A stretch of 64,000 bases of DNA from an uncultured Dehalococcoidia bacterium. Lineage in GTDB: Bacteria > Chloroflexota > Dehalococcoidia > Lucifugimonadales > UBA2985. Location: the NCBI GenBank assembly GCA_964578255.1, contig CAZOCC010000029.1:29864-93863 (forward strand), read 5' to 3'. Shown here one piece after another: positions 1 to 11,802 of this stretch. Position numbers and translations under genes: made by a program. Within the stretch, counting starts at the first letter, position 1; each line of letters opens with the position of its first letter. The notes beneath the pieces were generated by a model. That model was not told where the DNA came from, made no database searches, and was given only the letters and a program-made list of their open reading frames with translations.

Positions 1-89
1 TCTACTATACAAATACTAACTTTAAGCCCCATAGAATCAGCAGTATTTGAGGCTTGTTGTATTAACTTTTGTGCGCTGGCTAAATTCAT
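1..89 (-). CDS. GlcG/HbpS-like (DUF336) protein, 5' fragment; gene runs off the window start
   Basis: Reverse-strand ATG at 89..87 with GGGGGTG 8 nt upstream. Translation MNLASAQKLIQQASNTADSMGLKVSICIV resembles the DUF336 N-terminus (helix, then V-S-I-x-I-V-D). Absent from the ORF track because it is truncated. Confidence 0.45.
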   Translation of the reverse strand, partial: MNLASAQKLIQQASNTADSMGLKVSICIV

Positions 90-155
90 AAGCAAAACAC
101 CCCCGCGGTTACATATTTCGGACAAGTATGAGTATAATTGCCGGCAGGTTCAAGG

Positions 156-383
156 TCAATCTAACTTGTTTATAGAAACTTGTGGGAAATATGCTCTAAG
201 GTCCGCTGCGAAGCATGAAGCTTGTTCATAATGCGGGAATATGAATTCCAAACAACGACTATTTCCTATGGCGCCACGGCTAGATGTGCTGCCGTAATAC
301 CTAATAGCCAGCTCTATCAAACTGCCATCCAATGCTTTGATGCCGCTGGCATCCTCGTATGTAATCTCCATAAAATTTGGCAT
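156..383 (-). CDS. hypothetical protein (75 aa)
   Basis: ORF only. No recognisable motif and no clear SD. Confidence 0.25.
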   Translation of the reverse strand: MPNFMEITYEDASGIKALDGSLIELAIRYYGSTSSRGAIGNSRCLEFIFPHYEQASCFAADLRAYFPQVSINKLD

Positions 384-674
384 ATCTATTTCTTTTTTAG
401 CAAATATTATTTGCGGGAGTTTCCTATGTTCGTTTTTTGACTCTCACGTAGACGGCGTTTAAAAGGTCAGGAGTAAGAGTTACAATCCAAAACACTAATA
501 TTCCTAGCCAAAGTGATATAGTGAATACAATTGTAATTGATATTGGGAAAGCAACCCAAAACCATATTTTGTGAAATCTGTTTGATAGCACAGTTAAATA
601 ATAATATTGCTGGCTATAACTTGCAATGAATAAATACTGATAACAAACTTAACTGTGCTCATGTGGTTATACGT

Positions 675-1490
675 CTAATCACCAAAGCGAGTTTGGTTAG
701 CACCCAGTAATTGTTTGACCTTGGTAGCGTGTTGCCCAAGCATTCTCAATAAATTCTGTCCGGTTTGTTCAGTCACTTCCTCGAGTGTAATTCCCTTTAT
801 AGTGGCTACAGCCTCAGCAACCTCCTTAACGTGTCTAGGCTCAGTCCAACTGGTCCGGTGTTTTTTGAAAGTTTGCGGGTATGAATCCGTTTCAAGCACT
901 AAATGTTTCATAGGAATGTATCCTACTACTTCCTGTAGTTCGGGTATTCTTAATAGTGGCCTAGCTAATGATATGTCAAATCCCAATTCTATACATTTCT
1001 TCGCTGTGACTATGTCACCTTGGAAATAGTGAGCTGCCCCTCCAAATTCTCCTGCTTGTTCATTCTCCAAGATATTTAGGATGTCTGGGTATGTCATCCT
1101 GGAATGGTAAATAATGGGTAGCTTCATTCGTTTTGCTATTCCTATTTGCGCTATTAGGTATTCTTCTTGTATTTCACGACATGGGGCTCCTTCAATACCG
1201 TCCAGGCCGATTTCACTCATGGCTATGACCGTAGGCTGCTTAGCTAATAGCATGAGTGTATCGTATATTGCAGATGTCATAGGTTCTTTTATGTCACTGG
1301 GATGTATTCCGACTCCGGCGAAAAGTCTCGTGTCTGACTTGGAAAGTTCGATGCAACGTTCGGTAGACTCAATTGTAGTGCCTGCCAATAGGGCACCTGA
1401 TACACCGGATTCCTCAGCTCTCGTCAAAATATCGTGCAGATCGGCGTACGAGTATTCACTTAGGTGGGTATGGCAGTCGAATAATTTCAA
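675..1490 (-). CDS. TatD-family metal-dependent hydrolase
   Basis: 271 aa. N-terminal FDCHTHL, then GIHP and SEIGLD motifs typical of TatD/amidohydrolase-fold DNases. Confidence 0.85.
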   Translation of the reverse strand: MKLFDCHTHLSEYSYADLHDILTRAEESGVSGALLAGTTIESTERCIELSKSDTRLFAGVGIHPSDIKEPMTSAIYDTLMLLAKQPTVIAMSEIGLDGIEGAPCREIQEEYLIAQIGIAKRMKLPIIYHSRMTYPDILNILENEQAGEFGGAAHYFQGDIVTAKKCIELGFDISLARPLLRIPELQEVVGYIPMKHLVLETDSYPQTFKKHRTSWTEPRHVKEVAEAVATIKGITLEEVTEQTGQNLLRMLGQHATKVKQLLGANQTRFGD

Positions 1491-1745
1491 GAGTGTTAAC
1501 TTGTTTTATATAGGTATGTATAATCAAGTATACCTTTAGGCATGGAATTATATTACTATTAATATGTAACGTCAAAAAGTTCTGTTTTATGGATAGACTG
1601 GGACCATAATATTTTAGCCTTTACCTTTACACTTGAGTAATATTGGAAGGATATCACTTTCATAAATCCAATAAAGGTTATCTGTTGACTTGACTGGGAC
1701 GCATTTGTAGACATGCGCATTCAAGATGAGTTGTGTTCCTAATGG

Positions 1746-2621
1746 ATGGAAAGGATGGTAATAACTATGACTGTACAATTGGGTGATGATATTAAGATAA
1801 CTGAATTGGCCAACGGTGTGTTTGCCAGATTGCATGAAGGTAGAACAAATTCTGGAATAATCATTGGTGATAATTCGGTTATGGTGATTGATTCTCTCCA
1901 AGCTCCATCAGCTGCCAGGAGTTTGATTGAAGATGTTCGTTATATAACTAACAAGTCAATCAAATATGTTGTGAATACTCACTCTCATTGGGACCATGCT
2001 TGGGGTAATGAGGAATTCCCAGATGCTCACATAATAGGCCATGTGAACTGTTATTCAGAGTTGATAGACGTGGAATGGAACAAAAATTGGAGAGATGAAG
2101 TAGCCAGAATGAATAATCCTTGGTCTGATGAGGCACATATAATTAATATTACACCACCCAATCTCACCTTTGATAATCAAATGCAGATATATTTTGGTGG
2201 CAGGGTAATCAGCTTCTACTATTTTGGCAGGGCCCACACAAGTGGTGATATATTTACATATTTGCCCACAGAACAAATCGCATTCACTGGAGACGTGGCG
2301 GATCACAAAGGGGTGCCATTCCTAGCGGACTGTTATCCAGAGGAATGGGTTGATACAGATGACAAACTTCTTACCTTGCCTATTGATCGTTTTATGGCAG
2401 GGCATGGTCCAATAGGGGGATATCAATCTTTAGTGGAATCCAGGGACTTTATTGATCAGTTAATTAATAACGTCAAGGTTGCAATAAAGGATGGTAAGGA
2501 TCAAACAGAAGTGACATCTAGTGTTAAGAAAGCACTGGAATCCCAGTTTGGTGATAGACGAGGATTTGATGGACTCAGCAACGGTATATCAGATTTATGC
2601 AGACGACTTAACGTTGTATAA
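1746..2621 (+). CDS. MBL-fold metallo-hydrolase
   Basis: 291 aa with the HxHxDH motif (THSHWDH) and later H/D ligands. Start is ambiguous (ATG at 1746, 1755 or 1767). Confidence 0.85.
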   Translation: MERMVITMTVQLGDDIKITELANGVFARLHEGRTNSGIIIGDNSVMVIDSLQAPSAARSLIEDVRYITNKSIKYVVNTHSHWDHAWGNEEFPDAHIIGHVNCYSELIDVEWNKNWRDEVARMNNPWSDEAHIINITPPNLTFDNQMQIYFGGRVISFYYFGRAHTSGDIFTYLPTEQIAFTGDVADHKGVPFLADCYPEEWVDTDDKLLTLPIDRFMAGHGPIGGYQSLVESRDFIDQLINNVKVAIKDGKDQTEVTSSVKKALESQFGDRRGFDGLSNGISDLCRRLNVV

Positions 2622-2673
2622 ATGTGGGTTAGACAGTTGATACGAAAGGTCTAAGTGTTGTCTTCACACACAA

Positions 2674-2750
2674 TGGTGGGCGGTAGTGGACTCGAACCAC
2701 TGACCTCTGCCATGTCAAGGCAGCACTCTAACCAACTGAGCTAACCGCCC
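2674..2750 (-). tRNA. tRNA-Val (anticodon GAC), CCA encoded
   Basis: Reverse complement GGGCGGTTAGCTCAGTTGGTTAGAGTGCTGCCTTGACATGGCAGAGGTCAGTGGTTCGAGTCCACTACCGCCCACCA folds as a cloverleaf. It has a 7-bp acceptor stem, anticodon stem CTGCC/GGCAG with loop TTGACAT, and a TTCGAGT T-loop. Confidence 0.95.
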
Positions 2751-2803
2751 TATTTCTTATAATCACATCAGGTGAAACAAAAACATATGTATTGAACTGG
2801 CCA

Positions 2804-5800
2804 CTACAGCAGGTCATCAATCATTGGGGCAGCTTCCAGTACGTGTGATATGGTGTCACCTTCTACGGTAAGTTGACCGGCCGTCTGAATATTGTCTGAA
2901 TCACCATTATGGGTTAATCCAAGTCGTTCTCTTCCCTCAGCAGATGCATTTAGGTTTGCAGGTATTAATCTGCCGATTATTACGTTCTCCTTAAGGCCTG
3001 TAAGGTGGTCTACAGTACCATTCATGCTGCTTTCTGTCAGAACACGTGCGGTTTCCTGGAAAGAAGCGGCAGCGAGGAAACTTTCGGTGCTGAGTGATGC
3101 TCGAGTGACTCCAAGTAATGCAGGGGATGCCATGGCAGGCTCTCCTCCCTCTGCTAAGACTTTGGCATTAGATTCCTCATATGTCATACGATCTACCAAT
3201 TCGCCAGGTAACATGTCTGTGTCTCCAGGTGAATCAACTCTTACTTTCTTAAGCATCTGTCTCACTATAACTTCTATATGTTTGTCGTTTATATTAACTC
3301 CTTGAGATCTATAGACCTTCTGTACCTCGTCTAGCAGGTATTGTTGAACTGCCTCTCTGCCTAGGATACGCAGTATGTCCTGAGGATTTAGAGGACCAGC
3401 TGTGATGGGGTCTCCAGCATTCACATTTGCCTGATCTTCGATAAGCAAATGTGAAGACGGAGGTATTTGGTATTCACGCTCCTCTGTGTCGGTCCATATT
3501 ATAGTTAGAATATTCTTGTTAATTTCCACAGTGCCTGCAATTGGAGCAAGCAATGGTAATGGTTCCGGTACAGATTTATCTTTGGAACCTTTCACGGTTG
3601 CAGGTTGAGTCAATGCAGTGCCAATATCGATCCATTTACCATTTTCAACCAGTATTGTGTGGCCTTTTGGTATGGTATATTCTTCACGGAATTCCTCAGT
3701 CCCAGTGAGCCTGATGGCACGTTCGTCCCCGCTTTCAAGCCTAGTGGCAATACCATCTATTTCTGCAATGGGTGCCTGTCCTTTCGGTGATCTGGCCTCA
3801 AACAGTTCTTCTACCCTAGGTAGACCACTGGTAATGTCGACTCCAGCGACGCCACCGGTATGGAATGTCCGCATGGTTAATTGTGTCCCTGGCTGTCCTA
3901 TGCTTTGGGCAGCCATAACCCCTACAGCTTCTCCGAGGATAGCAGGTTTACCAGTTGCGGGATTCCTGCCATAGCAGAGGCTACACATGCCCATGGCGGC
4001 TTGGCAGTTTAGAGGAGATCTAACATGAATTTCAACTATGCCATGTTCTGTTATAACCTTAAGTTTCTCCTCATCTATTTCCTCTTTGGAATCTATGACA
4101 ATTTCTCCTGTAACGGGGTCTGGAACAGGGGAGGCTGTTACCCGTCCAGTTATCCTGACTGTGAATGGAGCTTCCAATGGGTCATTGCCCCCTTCTCGTA
4201 TCATTATGCCCATGTTGGTATCACAGTCATGTTCCAGAATGATTACTTCTTGGGAAACGTCTATTAAGCGTCTTGTAAGGTAACCACTATCAGCCGTTCT
4301 AAGAGCAGTGTCAGCTAGTCCCTTGCGAGCGCCGTGAGTGGATATGAAATATTCAAGTACACTCAATCCCTCTCGGAAACTGGATTTTATTGGTAACTCT
4401 ATAATACGCCCGCGGGGATTACTCATGAGTCCCCTCATACCTGCCATCTGTTTTATTTGGGCTATATTCCCCTTTGCTCCGGATATAGCCATCAGGTATA
4501 CACCTCCGTAGGTAGGCAGATTTTCTTCAATTAACTTTGTCATCTGGTCGCTGGTGTCAGTCCAAATTTGTACGGCGGTATTGTACCTCTCTTCTTCAGT
4601 TATAAGTCCACGCTGGAATTGTTCCTCTAGGGTATCTATCTTGACCGTGGCACTATCTATTAGGGAGGCCTTCTGGGGTGGAACTTCGATGTCATTTATG
4701 GCAATTGTCGTGCCGGATTTCCCTGCGTAGTGAAACCCTAGCTTTTTGATCTTGTCTAGCATATTTGCAGTAAGATCTTCACCATAATATCTATAGCAGT
4801 CGGCTACCAAATCCTTTAGCAGATTCTTGTCCATTATTCCGTTTTGGAATGGCATACTTTCTGGAAGGACTTCGCTAAATATTATGCGACCTACAGTAGT
4901 TTTTATCCAACTGGTTTCTGTTCCATCGTGAGATTCTTTTATTAATATTGGTGCTCTCAAATCTACTATGCCGTGTTCATATGCCATCCTGGCTTCATCG
5001 AAATTGTTGAACCGGTTTCCTTCTCCTGTTGCACCTTCGACCTCAGTGGTCAGGTAATAACAGCCAAACACCATGTCAAGTGTGGGAGCTACTATAGGTT
5101 CGCCCGAGCTTGGTGATAGCATATTATGAGTACTGAGCATAAGCTGCTTAGCTTCCTGCATGGCTTCTTTGGATAATGGAACATGGACTGCCATTTGATC
5201 TCCATCGAAGTCGGCGTTAAATGCAGTACAAACTAACGGATGTAGTCTAATTGCACTCCCCTCAACTAGAACTGGATCAAATGCTTGAATACCTAGCCTG
5301 TGGAGTGTTGGTGCTCTGTTTAGGAGGACAGGTCTCTTGCTTATGACTTTTTCCAATATATCCCATACTTCAGGACGTAAGCGTTCAACCATGCGCTTAG
5401 CTCCCTTAATATTGTGCACATGCCCGCCGAGGATCAACAAGTTCATTACGAATGGCTTGAATAATTCAAGGGCCATTTTTTTGGGCAAACCACACTGATT
5501 TAGACTTAGGTCTGGTCCCGCTACTATTACCGATCTACCACTGTAATCTACTCGTTTGCCCAATAAGTTCTGTCTGAACCTACCTTGTTTACCTCTCAAT
5601 AGATCCGATAAGGACTTCAGTTTGTGGTTATGGCTGCCTGAAATGGCTTTGCTTACCCTCCCATTGTCAATTAGAGCATCTACTGCTTCCTGCAGCATCC
5701 TCTTTTCATTGCGTACAATAATCTCAGGAGCACCCAGATATATGAGCCGTTTTAGTCTATTGTTTCTATTAATCACGCGTCTGTATAGATCGTTCAAGTC

Positions 5801-6805
5801 ACTGGTTGCAAATCGACCCCCATCTAGCTGAACCATTGGCCTTAGTTCTGGTGGCAATACTGGGAGCACTGAAAGTATCATCCATCTCGGTTCGTTGTCA
5901 CTTTTCATTAGGGACTCTACAATTCGGAGCCTCTTGATAGCCTTCTTGCGTCTTTGGCCTGAAGTTGCTGCTAGTTCTTCTTGAAGGTCCAATTTAAGGC
6001 TTTCCAGATCCATGTCTTGGAGTATTGATAATATCCCGTCTGCGCCCATGTCGGCTTTAAACACATCTTCGAATTTGTCCCTCAATTCTCGGTAGTTCGC
6101 CTCAGTCAGTAATTGTAATGGCCTCAAATCTTCCAATGCGTCTATCTGTGCCTGTATTTCCTCATCATTGCCTAGGGAGTCTATTATCTCTGTCTCCAGC
6201 GCGTTCGCTGATTCATTGTTACCCTCATTGCCGTCACCTGATTGGAGTTCCTCTTGGTCGTTGGAATCGATATCTGATGATGAATTTGCCGAAGACGTGG
6301 CAGCCCCGTTGTTTGACATATCTAATGTCTTACGGCGCTCTAGTGAATCCGTTAGAGAGTTAATCATTTCTACTCTCTTATTTTCGTCCACACTAGTTAT
6401 GATATATTTTGCGAAATAAAGAACCCTCTCTAAGTTTCTTGGAGACAGGTCCAGAAGCAGGCCTAGTCTACTTGGTATTCCCTTGGAGAACCAAACGTGC
6501 GCTACCGGGGCTGCCAGTTGAATATGCCCCATTCTTTCTCGTCTAACTTTGGCTCTTGCGACCTCTACTCCACACCTGTCACAAATAACACCTTTGTATC
6601 TGATCTTTTTGTATTTTCCGCAGAAACATTCCCAATCTTTTGTAGGTCCGAATATACGTTCGCAGAACAGACCATCCTTCTCTGGCCTTAAGGTGCGATA
6701 ATTGATGGTTTCGGGCTTGGTGATTTCTCCGAAGGACCAGCTCTTGATCTCCTCTGGCGATGCGATCGAGATGCGGATGGCGTTGAATTCATTATTTTCT
6801 GGCAT
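2804..6805 (-). CDS. rpoC: DNA-directed RNA polymerase subunit beta-prime
   Basis: Unmistakable RpoC sequence (NADFDGD motif; zinc-binding CFCGKY...CDRCG). The track ORF starts at 6829, but the ATG at 6805 has GAGGAG 7 nt upstream and lies 1 nt after the rpoB TAA, so it is preferred. Confidence 0.96.
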   Translation of the reverse strand: MPENNEFNAIRISIASPEEIKSWSFGEITKPETINYRTLRPEKDGLFCERIFGPTKDWECFCGKYKKIRYKGVICDRCGVEVARAKVRRERMGHIQLAAPVAHVWFSKGIPSRLGLLLDLSPRNLERVLYFAKYIITSVDENKRVEMINSLTDSLERRKTLDMSNNGAATSSANSSSDIDSNDQEELQSGDGNEGNNESANALETEIIDSLGNDEEIQAQIDALEDLRPLQLLTEANYRELRDKFEDVFKADMGADGILSILQDMDLESLKLDLQEELAATSGQRRKKAIKRLRIVESLMKSDNEPRWMILSVLPVLPPELRPMVQLDGGRFATSDLNDLYRRVINRNNRLKRLIYLGAPEIIVRNEKRMLQEAVDALIDNGRVSKAISGSHNHKLKSLSDLLRGKQGRFRQNLLGKRVDYSGRSVIVAGPDLSLNQCGLPKKMALELFKPFVMNLLILGGHVHNIKGAKRMVERLRPEVWDILEKVISKRPVLLNRAPTLHRLGIQAFDPVLVEGSAIRLHPLVCTAFNADFDGDQMAVHVPLSKEAMQEAKQLMLSTHNMLSPSSGEPIVAPTLDMVFGCYYLTTEVEGATGEGNRFNNFDEARMAYEHGIVDLRAPILIKESHDGTETSWIKTTVGRIIFSEVLPESMPFQNGIMDKNLLKDLVADCYRYYGEDLTANMLDKIKKLGFHYAGKSGTTIAINDIEVPPQKASLIDSATVKIDTLEEQFQRGLITEEERYNTAVQIWTDTSDQMTKLIEENLPTYGGVYLMAISGAKGNIAQIKQMAGMRGLMSNPRGRIIELPIKSSFREGLSVLEYFISTHGARKGLADTALRTADSGYLTRRLIDVSQEVIILEHDCDTNMGIMIREGGNDPLEAPFTVRITGRVTASPVPDPVTGEIVIDSKEEIDEEKLKVITEHGIVEIHVRSPLNCQAAMGMCSLCYGRNPATGKPAILGEAVGVMAAQSIGQPGTQLTMRTFHTGGVAGVDITSGLPRVEELFEARSPKGQAPIAEIDGIATRLESGDERAIRLTGTEEFREEYTIPKGHTILVENGKWIDIGTALTQPATVKGSKDKSVPEPLPLLAPIAGTVEINKNILTIIWTDTEEREYQIPPSSHLLIEDQANVNAGDPITAGPLNPQDILRILGREAVQQYLLDEVQKVYRSQGVNINDKHIEVIVRQMLKKVRVDSPGDTDMLPGELVDRMTYEESNAKVLAEGGEPAMASPALLGVTRASLSTESFLAAASFQETARVLTESSMNGTVDHLTGLKENVIIGRLIPANLNASAEGRERLGLTHNGDSDNIQTAGQLTVEGDTISHVLEAAPMIDDLL

Positions 6806-6806
6806 C

Positions 6807-9485
6807 TTAAAGCTCCTCAGTCTCTTCAATTGGTAATTCGTCGTTATCCTGAATTATTGGTGCGTCATCGTCAGTATTTGAATCTAATTCTAGGTTCCCC
6901 ACCAACTCGGCCAAATCTTCTATACCTATGTCGTCGGTGTCAATGGTACCAACTGTTTCATTTGTCTCCAGTTCAGGGTCTATGGCATTAACCGCGTCCA
7001 TTGTTTCATCCGCGATTTCTCCGGACTCGTCTCCTCCGGATATCATATCTTGTGGATCCTTTTCGTGCAGTAATGAAGCTGACAAACCTAGACTCTGCAG
7101 TTCTTTCACAAGCACGTGGAACGATTCTGGTAAGCCAGGCTGGACAACATCTTCTCCTTTGACTATGGCTTCATACGTCTTTACGCGACCGACCACATCA
7201 TCGGATTTGACAGTAAGCATTTCTTGGAGGTTGTAAGCAGCGCTGTATGATTCAAGTGCCCATACTTCCATCTCGCCGAATCTCTGACCTCCGAACTGTG
7301 CTTTGCCCCCAAGTGGTTGTTGTGTTATAAGCGAATATGGTCCTGTGGATCTGGCGTGTATTTTGTCTTCTACCAGATGAATCAACTTCATCATGTATAT
7401 GTAGCCAACGGTAACCGGTTGATCAAACTTGTTACCTGTTTGGCCGTCGTACAAAATACTTTTCCCCAGAGTTGGTGCAGATTTCCCAGATTCTTTACTA
7501 AGGCGAGTAACTTCATGGGCCATAGCTGTGTCTGACATATTTAGGCTATCAATTCCTGCTTCCTCAGATAGCCAGATTTTCAGGCACGCTCTGGTAGCAC
7601 TACCAATGGTTTTGTCATTCAAAGTTTCTATTGGGTCAAAGCCTTTGTCATTTAGCCAATTCTTGACGACATTCATGTCGATACTGGGCATTTCATCGGG
7701 TGTATGCTGACCCACTGCTCCGGATTGTTGCAATAACCATGCCTTGGCCAAACCATCCTCTATGGCCTCGTCCTCTGCCCCATCGAACACCGGGCTCAAC
7801 ACTCTTAGCCCCATTGTATGTGCTGCCATACCTAAGTGAGTTTCCAACAGCTGGCCCAGGTTCATTCTGGATGGTACGCCAATAGGGTTTAGGATCACAT
7901 CTACTGGAGTTCCGTCGGCCAAGTAGGGCATATCTGCCGAGGGTAGTATTCTAGAGATAACTCCCTTGTTGCCGTGTCTCCCTGCCATTTTATCTCCTTC
8001 GGAGATCTTACGTGTTTGAGCTATCCAGACTCTGACTAGAGTATTGACACCAGGCAACAGTTCGTCTTTATTTTCTCGTGACAACACCTTGACATCAATC
8101 ACCTTGCCCCGTTCACCATGAGGAACCCTCAGAGAGGTGTCTTTGACATCCCGTGCTTTTTCTCCGAATATGGCCCTAAGGAGTTTTTCCTCAGCTGTTA
8201 ATTCGGTCTCACCCTTTGGGGTTATCTTGCCGACTAGTATATCTCCTGGCCCTACCTCTGCGCCTGGGTAAATCACACCGTAATCGTCAAGATTACCGAG
8301 TCCGTCTTCACCCACACTAGAAATATCACGTGTGATTTCCTCAGGGCCAAGCTTAGTGTCTCTGGCCTCTACCTCAAATTTTTCGATGTGAATGGAAGTG
8401 AATTTATCTTTCTTTAATAGATCTTCGTTAAGAATTATAGAGTCCTCGAAGTTATATCCTTCCCAGCTCATGAAAGCGACTAGAAGGTTCTGTCCAAGGG
8501 CGAGCTCTCCGTTATCGGTTGATGAACTATCTGCCAATGGCTGGCCTGCAGCAACAATGTCTCCCTTATTTACTATGGAGTGTTGTGATATACAGGTGCC
8601 TTGGTTGCTCCTCATGAATTTTATCAAATGGTATTCATGGACAGTTCCATCTACATCGGTAACTTCTATTAAGTCTCCGGAAACACTGGTCACGACACCA
8701 GACGTTCTCGATATGACTACCTGGCCACTGTCCATTGCCACACGTCCCTCCATGCCAGTTCCAACCAGTGGTGCTTCAGTACGTAACAATGGCACCGCTT
8801 GGCGCTGCATGTTGGACCCCATCAATGCCCTGTTGGCGTCGTTGTGTTCCAAGAATGGTATAAGGGCGGCGGATACACTTACTATTTGTCTTGGAGATAC
8901 ATCCATATAGGATACGTTCGCAGGCGATTCTACAGAAAATATCTCTCCTCGCCTTACTTCCAATCTTTCGCCAGTGAACTGGTTTTTTTTGTCCATGATC
9001 GAATTGGCTTGGGCTATAGGATATTTCTCCTCTTCATCTGCTGCCATATAAATTATATCTGCCGGATCGGAGGATGCGAATGGTTTTACTTGCACAGTGC
9101 ACTTAGGCAATTGAGCTATTAACTCAGCCATTTTCCCGCTAATTCTTTGACCTTTCTTTGCTAAAATCTTGCCACTCGAGTCCTTTATTAATGCAGTAAC
9201 GGTCCTGCCCTGCAGATCTGTGAACGTGTTTGGCACTTCTGATATTACTTTACGATACGGAGTTTCTATGAAACCATGTTCGTTGGTTCTAGCATATGTT
9301 GCCAGAGATCCCAAAAGGCCGATATTGGGTCCTTCGGGTGTTTCTATTGGGCATATACGACCATAATGGGAATGGTGAACATCACGCACGTCAAACCCTG
9401 CTCGCTCGCGAGAAAGCCCTCCTGGTCCTAACGCAGAAAGTCTTCTTTTATGTGTTAATTCTGCGAGGGGGTTGGTTTGGTCCAT
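6807..9485 (-). CDS. rpoB: DNA-directed RNA polymerase subunit beta, C-terminal fragment (2 of 2; see frameshift finding)
   Basis: 892-aa ORF beginning [24 protein letters not shown], which is internal to all RpoB proteins. It ends in a long acidic tail. Confidence 0.95.
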   Translation of the reverse strand: MDQTNPLAELTHKRRLSALGPGGLSRERAGFDVRDVHHSHYGRICPIETPEGPNIGLLGSLATYARTNEHGFIETPYRKVISEVPNTFTDLQGRTVTALIKDSSGKILAKKGQRISGKMAELIAQLPKCTVQVKPFASSDPADIIYMAADEEEKYPIAQANSIMDKKNQFTGERLEVRRGEIFSVESPANVSYMDVSPRQIVSVSAALIPFLEHNDANRALMGSNMQRQAVPLLRTEAPLVGTGMEGRVAMDSGQVVISRTSGVVTSVSGDLIEVTDVDGTVHEYHLIKFMRSNQGTCISQHSIVNKGDIVAAGQPLADSSSTDNGELALGQNLLVAFMSWEGYNFEDSIILNEDLLKKDKFTSIHIEKFEVEARDTKLGPEEITRDISSVGEDGLGNLDDYGVIYPGAEVGPGDILVGKITPKGETELTAEEKLLRAIFGEKARDVKDTSLRVPHGERGKVIDVKVLSRENKDELLPGVNTLVRVWIAQTRKISEGDKMAGRHGNKGVISRILPSADMPYLADGTPVDVILNPIGVPSRMNLGQLLETHLGMAAHTMGLRVLSPVFDGAEDEAIEDGLAKAWLLQQSGAVGQHTPDEMPSIDMNVVKNWLNDKGFDPIETLNDKTIGSATRACLKIWLSEEAGIDSLNMSDTAMAHEVTRLSKESGKSAPTLGKSILYDGQTGNKFDQPVTVGYIYMMKLIHLVEDKIHARSTGPYSLITQQPLGGKAQFGGQRFGEMEVWALESYSAAYNLQEMLTVKSDDVVGRVKTYEAIVKGEDVVQPGLPESFHVLVKELQSLGLSASLLHEKDPQDMISGGDESGEIADETMDAVNAIDPELETNETVGTIDTDDIGIEDLAELVGNLELDSNTDDDAPIIQDNDELPIEETEEL

Positions 9486-10678
9486 AAACTGAGAAAGCTG
9501 CGAGCCACCAAGAACTCTCTTACAGCTGCTACAACTGGTCTAACGTTTGTTAGTGTTGTGGGCGTAACTATGGTGACATCCGGCTGGGTTGTCATCCTGT
9601 CCCTGATAACTCTCTCCATACGCAGTAGTCCCACACGTAACTGGTTCTGCAGTAGTTCTCCAACTGCCCTGATTCTTCTGTTGCCCAGATGGTCTATATC
9701 ATCCGGGGTTTCAACCCTGTTGTTAACCAGAATCATTTTCTTGATTACAGCTATCATGTCTTCTTTGGTTAATACATGTTCATCAGGGCTAATATCTAAT
9801 GCTAGTCGTCGGTTCAATTTATATCGACCTACCTTGCCTAGATCATATCGGCGAGGGTTACTGAATAAGTTATCCATTAGAGAACGGGCATTCTCTAAGT
9901 TTGGTGGCTCTCCTGGCCTTAATCTCCTGTAGAATTCTAGTAAAGCATCATCTTGTGTTTGGACACCAGGATCTCTATCAAGAGTATTTCTTATGTAATC
10001 GTGTTGTTCGTCAGTATTCACGTCCTCAAATAATTTAATTATCTCTGCCTCATCGACTATTCCGAATGCACGGAGCAGTGTAGTAACCGGGGCCCTCCGT
10101 TTCCGATCAACTTTCACAGATAGTACATCCCGATTACTGGTTTCAAATTCCAACCAGGCCCCTCTGTATGGAATTAGCTTTCCCGCGCACAAGTCCCTGT
10201 CGCTGGCCAGGTCCCTTTCGGCTGTTAAATATACTCCTGGAGACCGTACTAACTGGCTGACAACAACCCTTTCGGCTCCATTTATGATGAATGTGCCTTG
10301 AGACGTCATCATGGGTATTTCGCCAAAGTATAAAGTTTGTTGTTTTATCTCGCCTGTTTCTTTTATCAGTAAACTAGCGGTCATATACAGTGGGCGGCAA
10401 TACGTGACTTCTCTTTGACGACACTCAGTTTCCGTGTATTTTGGCTCTCTAAATTCATGGTCGTGAAATGACAGCTCGAAGCGACCTCCAGTAAAGTCTT
10501 GAATAGGAGATACCTCTTCGAATAGCTCACTCAGGCATTCGCCTATGAACCATTCAAATGAGTCAATTTGTAGCTGTATTAGGTTGGGTACATCTAGGGC
10601 TTGAGTTATCTTACCGTAAGACTTTTGAGCCGGTGTTTGATGGCCGTTGGATTTCGAGGTTGATGTTGCAGAGGTCAT
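9455..10678 (-). CDS. rpoB: DNA-directed RNA polymerase subunit beta, N-terminal fragment (1 of 2)
   Basis: 407-aa ORF with the RpoB N-terminus ([36 protein letters not shown]). It leaves the conserved frame after ...AAVREF. Confidence 0.95.
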   Translation of the reverse strand: MTSATSTSKSNGHQTPAQKSYGKITQALDVPNLIQLQIDSFEWFIGECLSELFEEVSPIQDFTGGRFELSFHDHEFREPKYTETECRQREVTYCRPLYMTASLLIKETGEIKQQTLYFGEIPMMTSQGTFIINGAERVVVSQLVRSPGVYLTAERDLASDRDLCAGKLIPYRGAWLEFETSNRDVLSVKVDRKRRAPVTTLLRAFGIVDEAEIIKLFEDVNTDEQHDYIRNTLDRDPGVQTQDDALLEFYRRLRPGEPPNLENARSLMDNLFSNPRRYDLGKVGRYKLNRRLALDISPDEHVLTKEDMIAVIKKMILVNNRVETPDDIDHLGNRRIRAVGELLQNQLRVGLLRMERVIRDRMTTQPDVTIVTPTTLTNVRPVVAAVREFLVARSFLSLWTKPTPSQN

Positions 10679-11063
10679 GAGAATTCACGCTCCAAAAAGA
10701 AATCAAATTAGGACTGCAGTATTTACCTGTTACTTATCAAATAGACGCGCCACAGCTGCAACTGTAATGTTGCCTGATGGAAAGTGGAAAAAATGATCTG
10801 GATCATAGTTGGGTCACGGATGGACGATTACGTATGATACTATCTTGTAAAACAAAAGTCAACTGTTTTCATCCGCTGTCAAATATCAAAGTTGATAATA
10901 CTTTTTTGTTACGGAATGAAGTAGGCCAACGCACTCACTTACAGTATTCGGTGGTTGCATTGTAACTGACAAAGGTTGATAATTATACGCTGCGAGGTTT
11001 ATTTAATTGGATGTCGGTAGAGATCAGATTTATTTCGTTCCATAAAACATAGGAGTGAATTTA

Positions 11064-11597
11064 ATGTCTCAGAATGTTGAATATTCGTATAGTGGTCATT
11101 CTTCAACAATATATGGAGACTCCCTGGATCCAGATAGGGTGTTATCCATGTTGCCTTTACGACCATACCATTCCATAGTGGACATAGGTTGTGGAAAGGG
11201 ATATTTTTCCGTGCCTTTGGCCAAGTATGTTAGTCAAGGAAAACTTTTTGCCTCTGATACCAATAAGAAGTTATTGGAGATTTGTCGGAGTAAGTTGACT
11301 GAAGTGCATTTGAACAATGTGGAGGTTATCCACTTCCGCGGGAAAAAGATACCAATCGAAAATTGTAGTATTGACGGAGCCTTTATGGCTTTCACTCTCA
11401 GTAGTACTAAAGACAAATATGGGATTATTGCTGAGGCAAAGCGATTCCTTCAGAAGGGGGCATGGCTTGCTATACTGGAACCATATGACTCTTTGAGCAA
11501 TGAGGATGTGAAGCAACTTGGGCTTGATGCGGGCCTTAGGTTTGTGCATCAAAGGGATTTAGATAGTGACAATTATTTGATTTTGTTTCGCAGGTAG
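11064..11597 (+). CDS. class I SAM-dependent methyltransferase
   Basis: Motif I VDIGCGKGYF. The ATG at 11064 has AGGAG 7 nt upstream; the track start at 11055 is a GTG inside that SD. Confidence 0.8.
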   Translation: MSQNVEYSYSGHSSTIYGDSLDPDRVLSMLPLRPYHSIVDIGCGKGYFSVPLAKYVSQGKLFASDTNKKLLEICRSKLTEVHLNNVEVIHFRGKKIPIENCSIDGAFMAFTLSSTKDKYGIIAEAKRFLQKGAWLAILEPYDSLSNEDVKQLGLDAGLRFVHQRDLDSDNYLILFRR

Positions 11598-11802
11598 CCA
11601 TTACCTATAGAGATGTTAGGGGTCTTAGGCCATGCTCCTAATCAGATTGTTGATGTGCGAGTTTGACGTATGGCAATAGATGTGAATACGGTAGAAAAAA
11701 TACATATGTGTGCTTGCGGTCGTTAGGATCCTTGGATAAGATGTAGCGCGTGTTCTGGTGCAATTTTGACGCTGGCATTGTTAGTGATTGGAAGGTCATG
11801 GC

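Noticed and set aside
588-659. An 11-bp inverted repeat AGCACAGTTAA...TTAACTGTGCT downstream of the TatD-like gene, plus a possible ~52-codon hydrophobic ORF on the minus strand (about 425..585).
   Set aside because: The 47-nt loop and lack of a U-tract argue against a terminator. The small ORF has only a GTG start, no SD and no homology I can recognise.
6807-6829. An apparent 23-nt overlap between the rpoB stop and the rpoC start.
   Set aside because: It is resolved by using the ATG at 6805, which has a GAGGAG SD and lies 1 nt after the rpoB TAA. The extra MKRLRSFK from the 6829 start is not conserved in RpoC.
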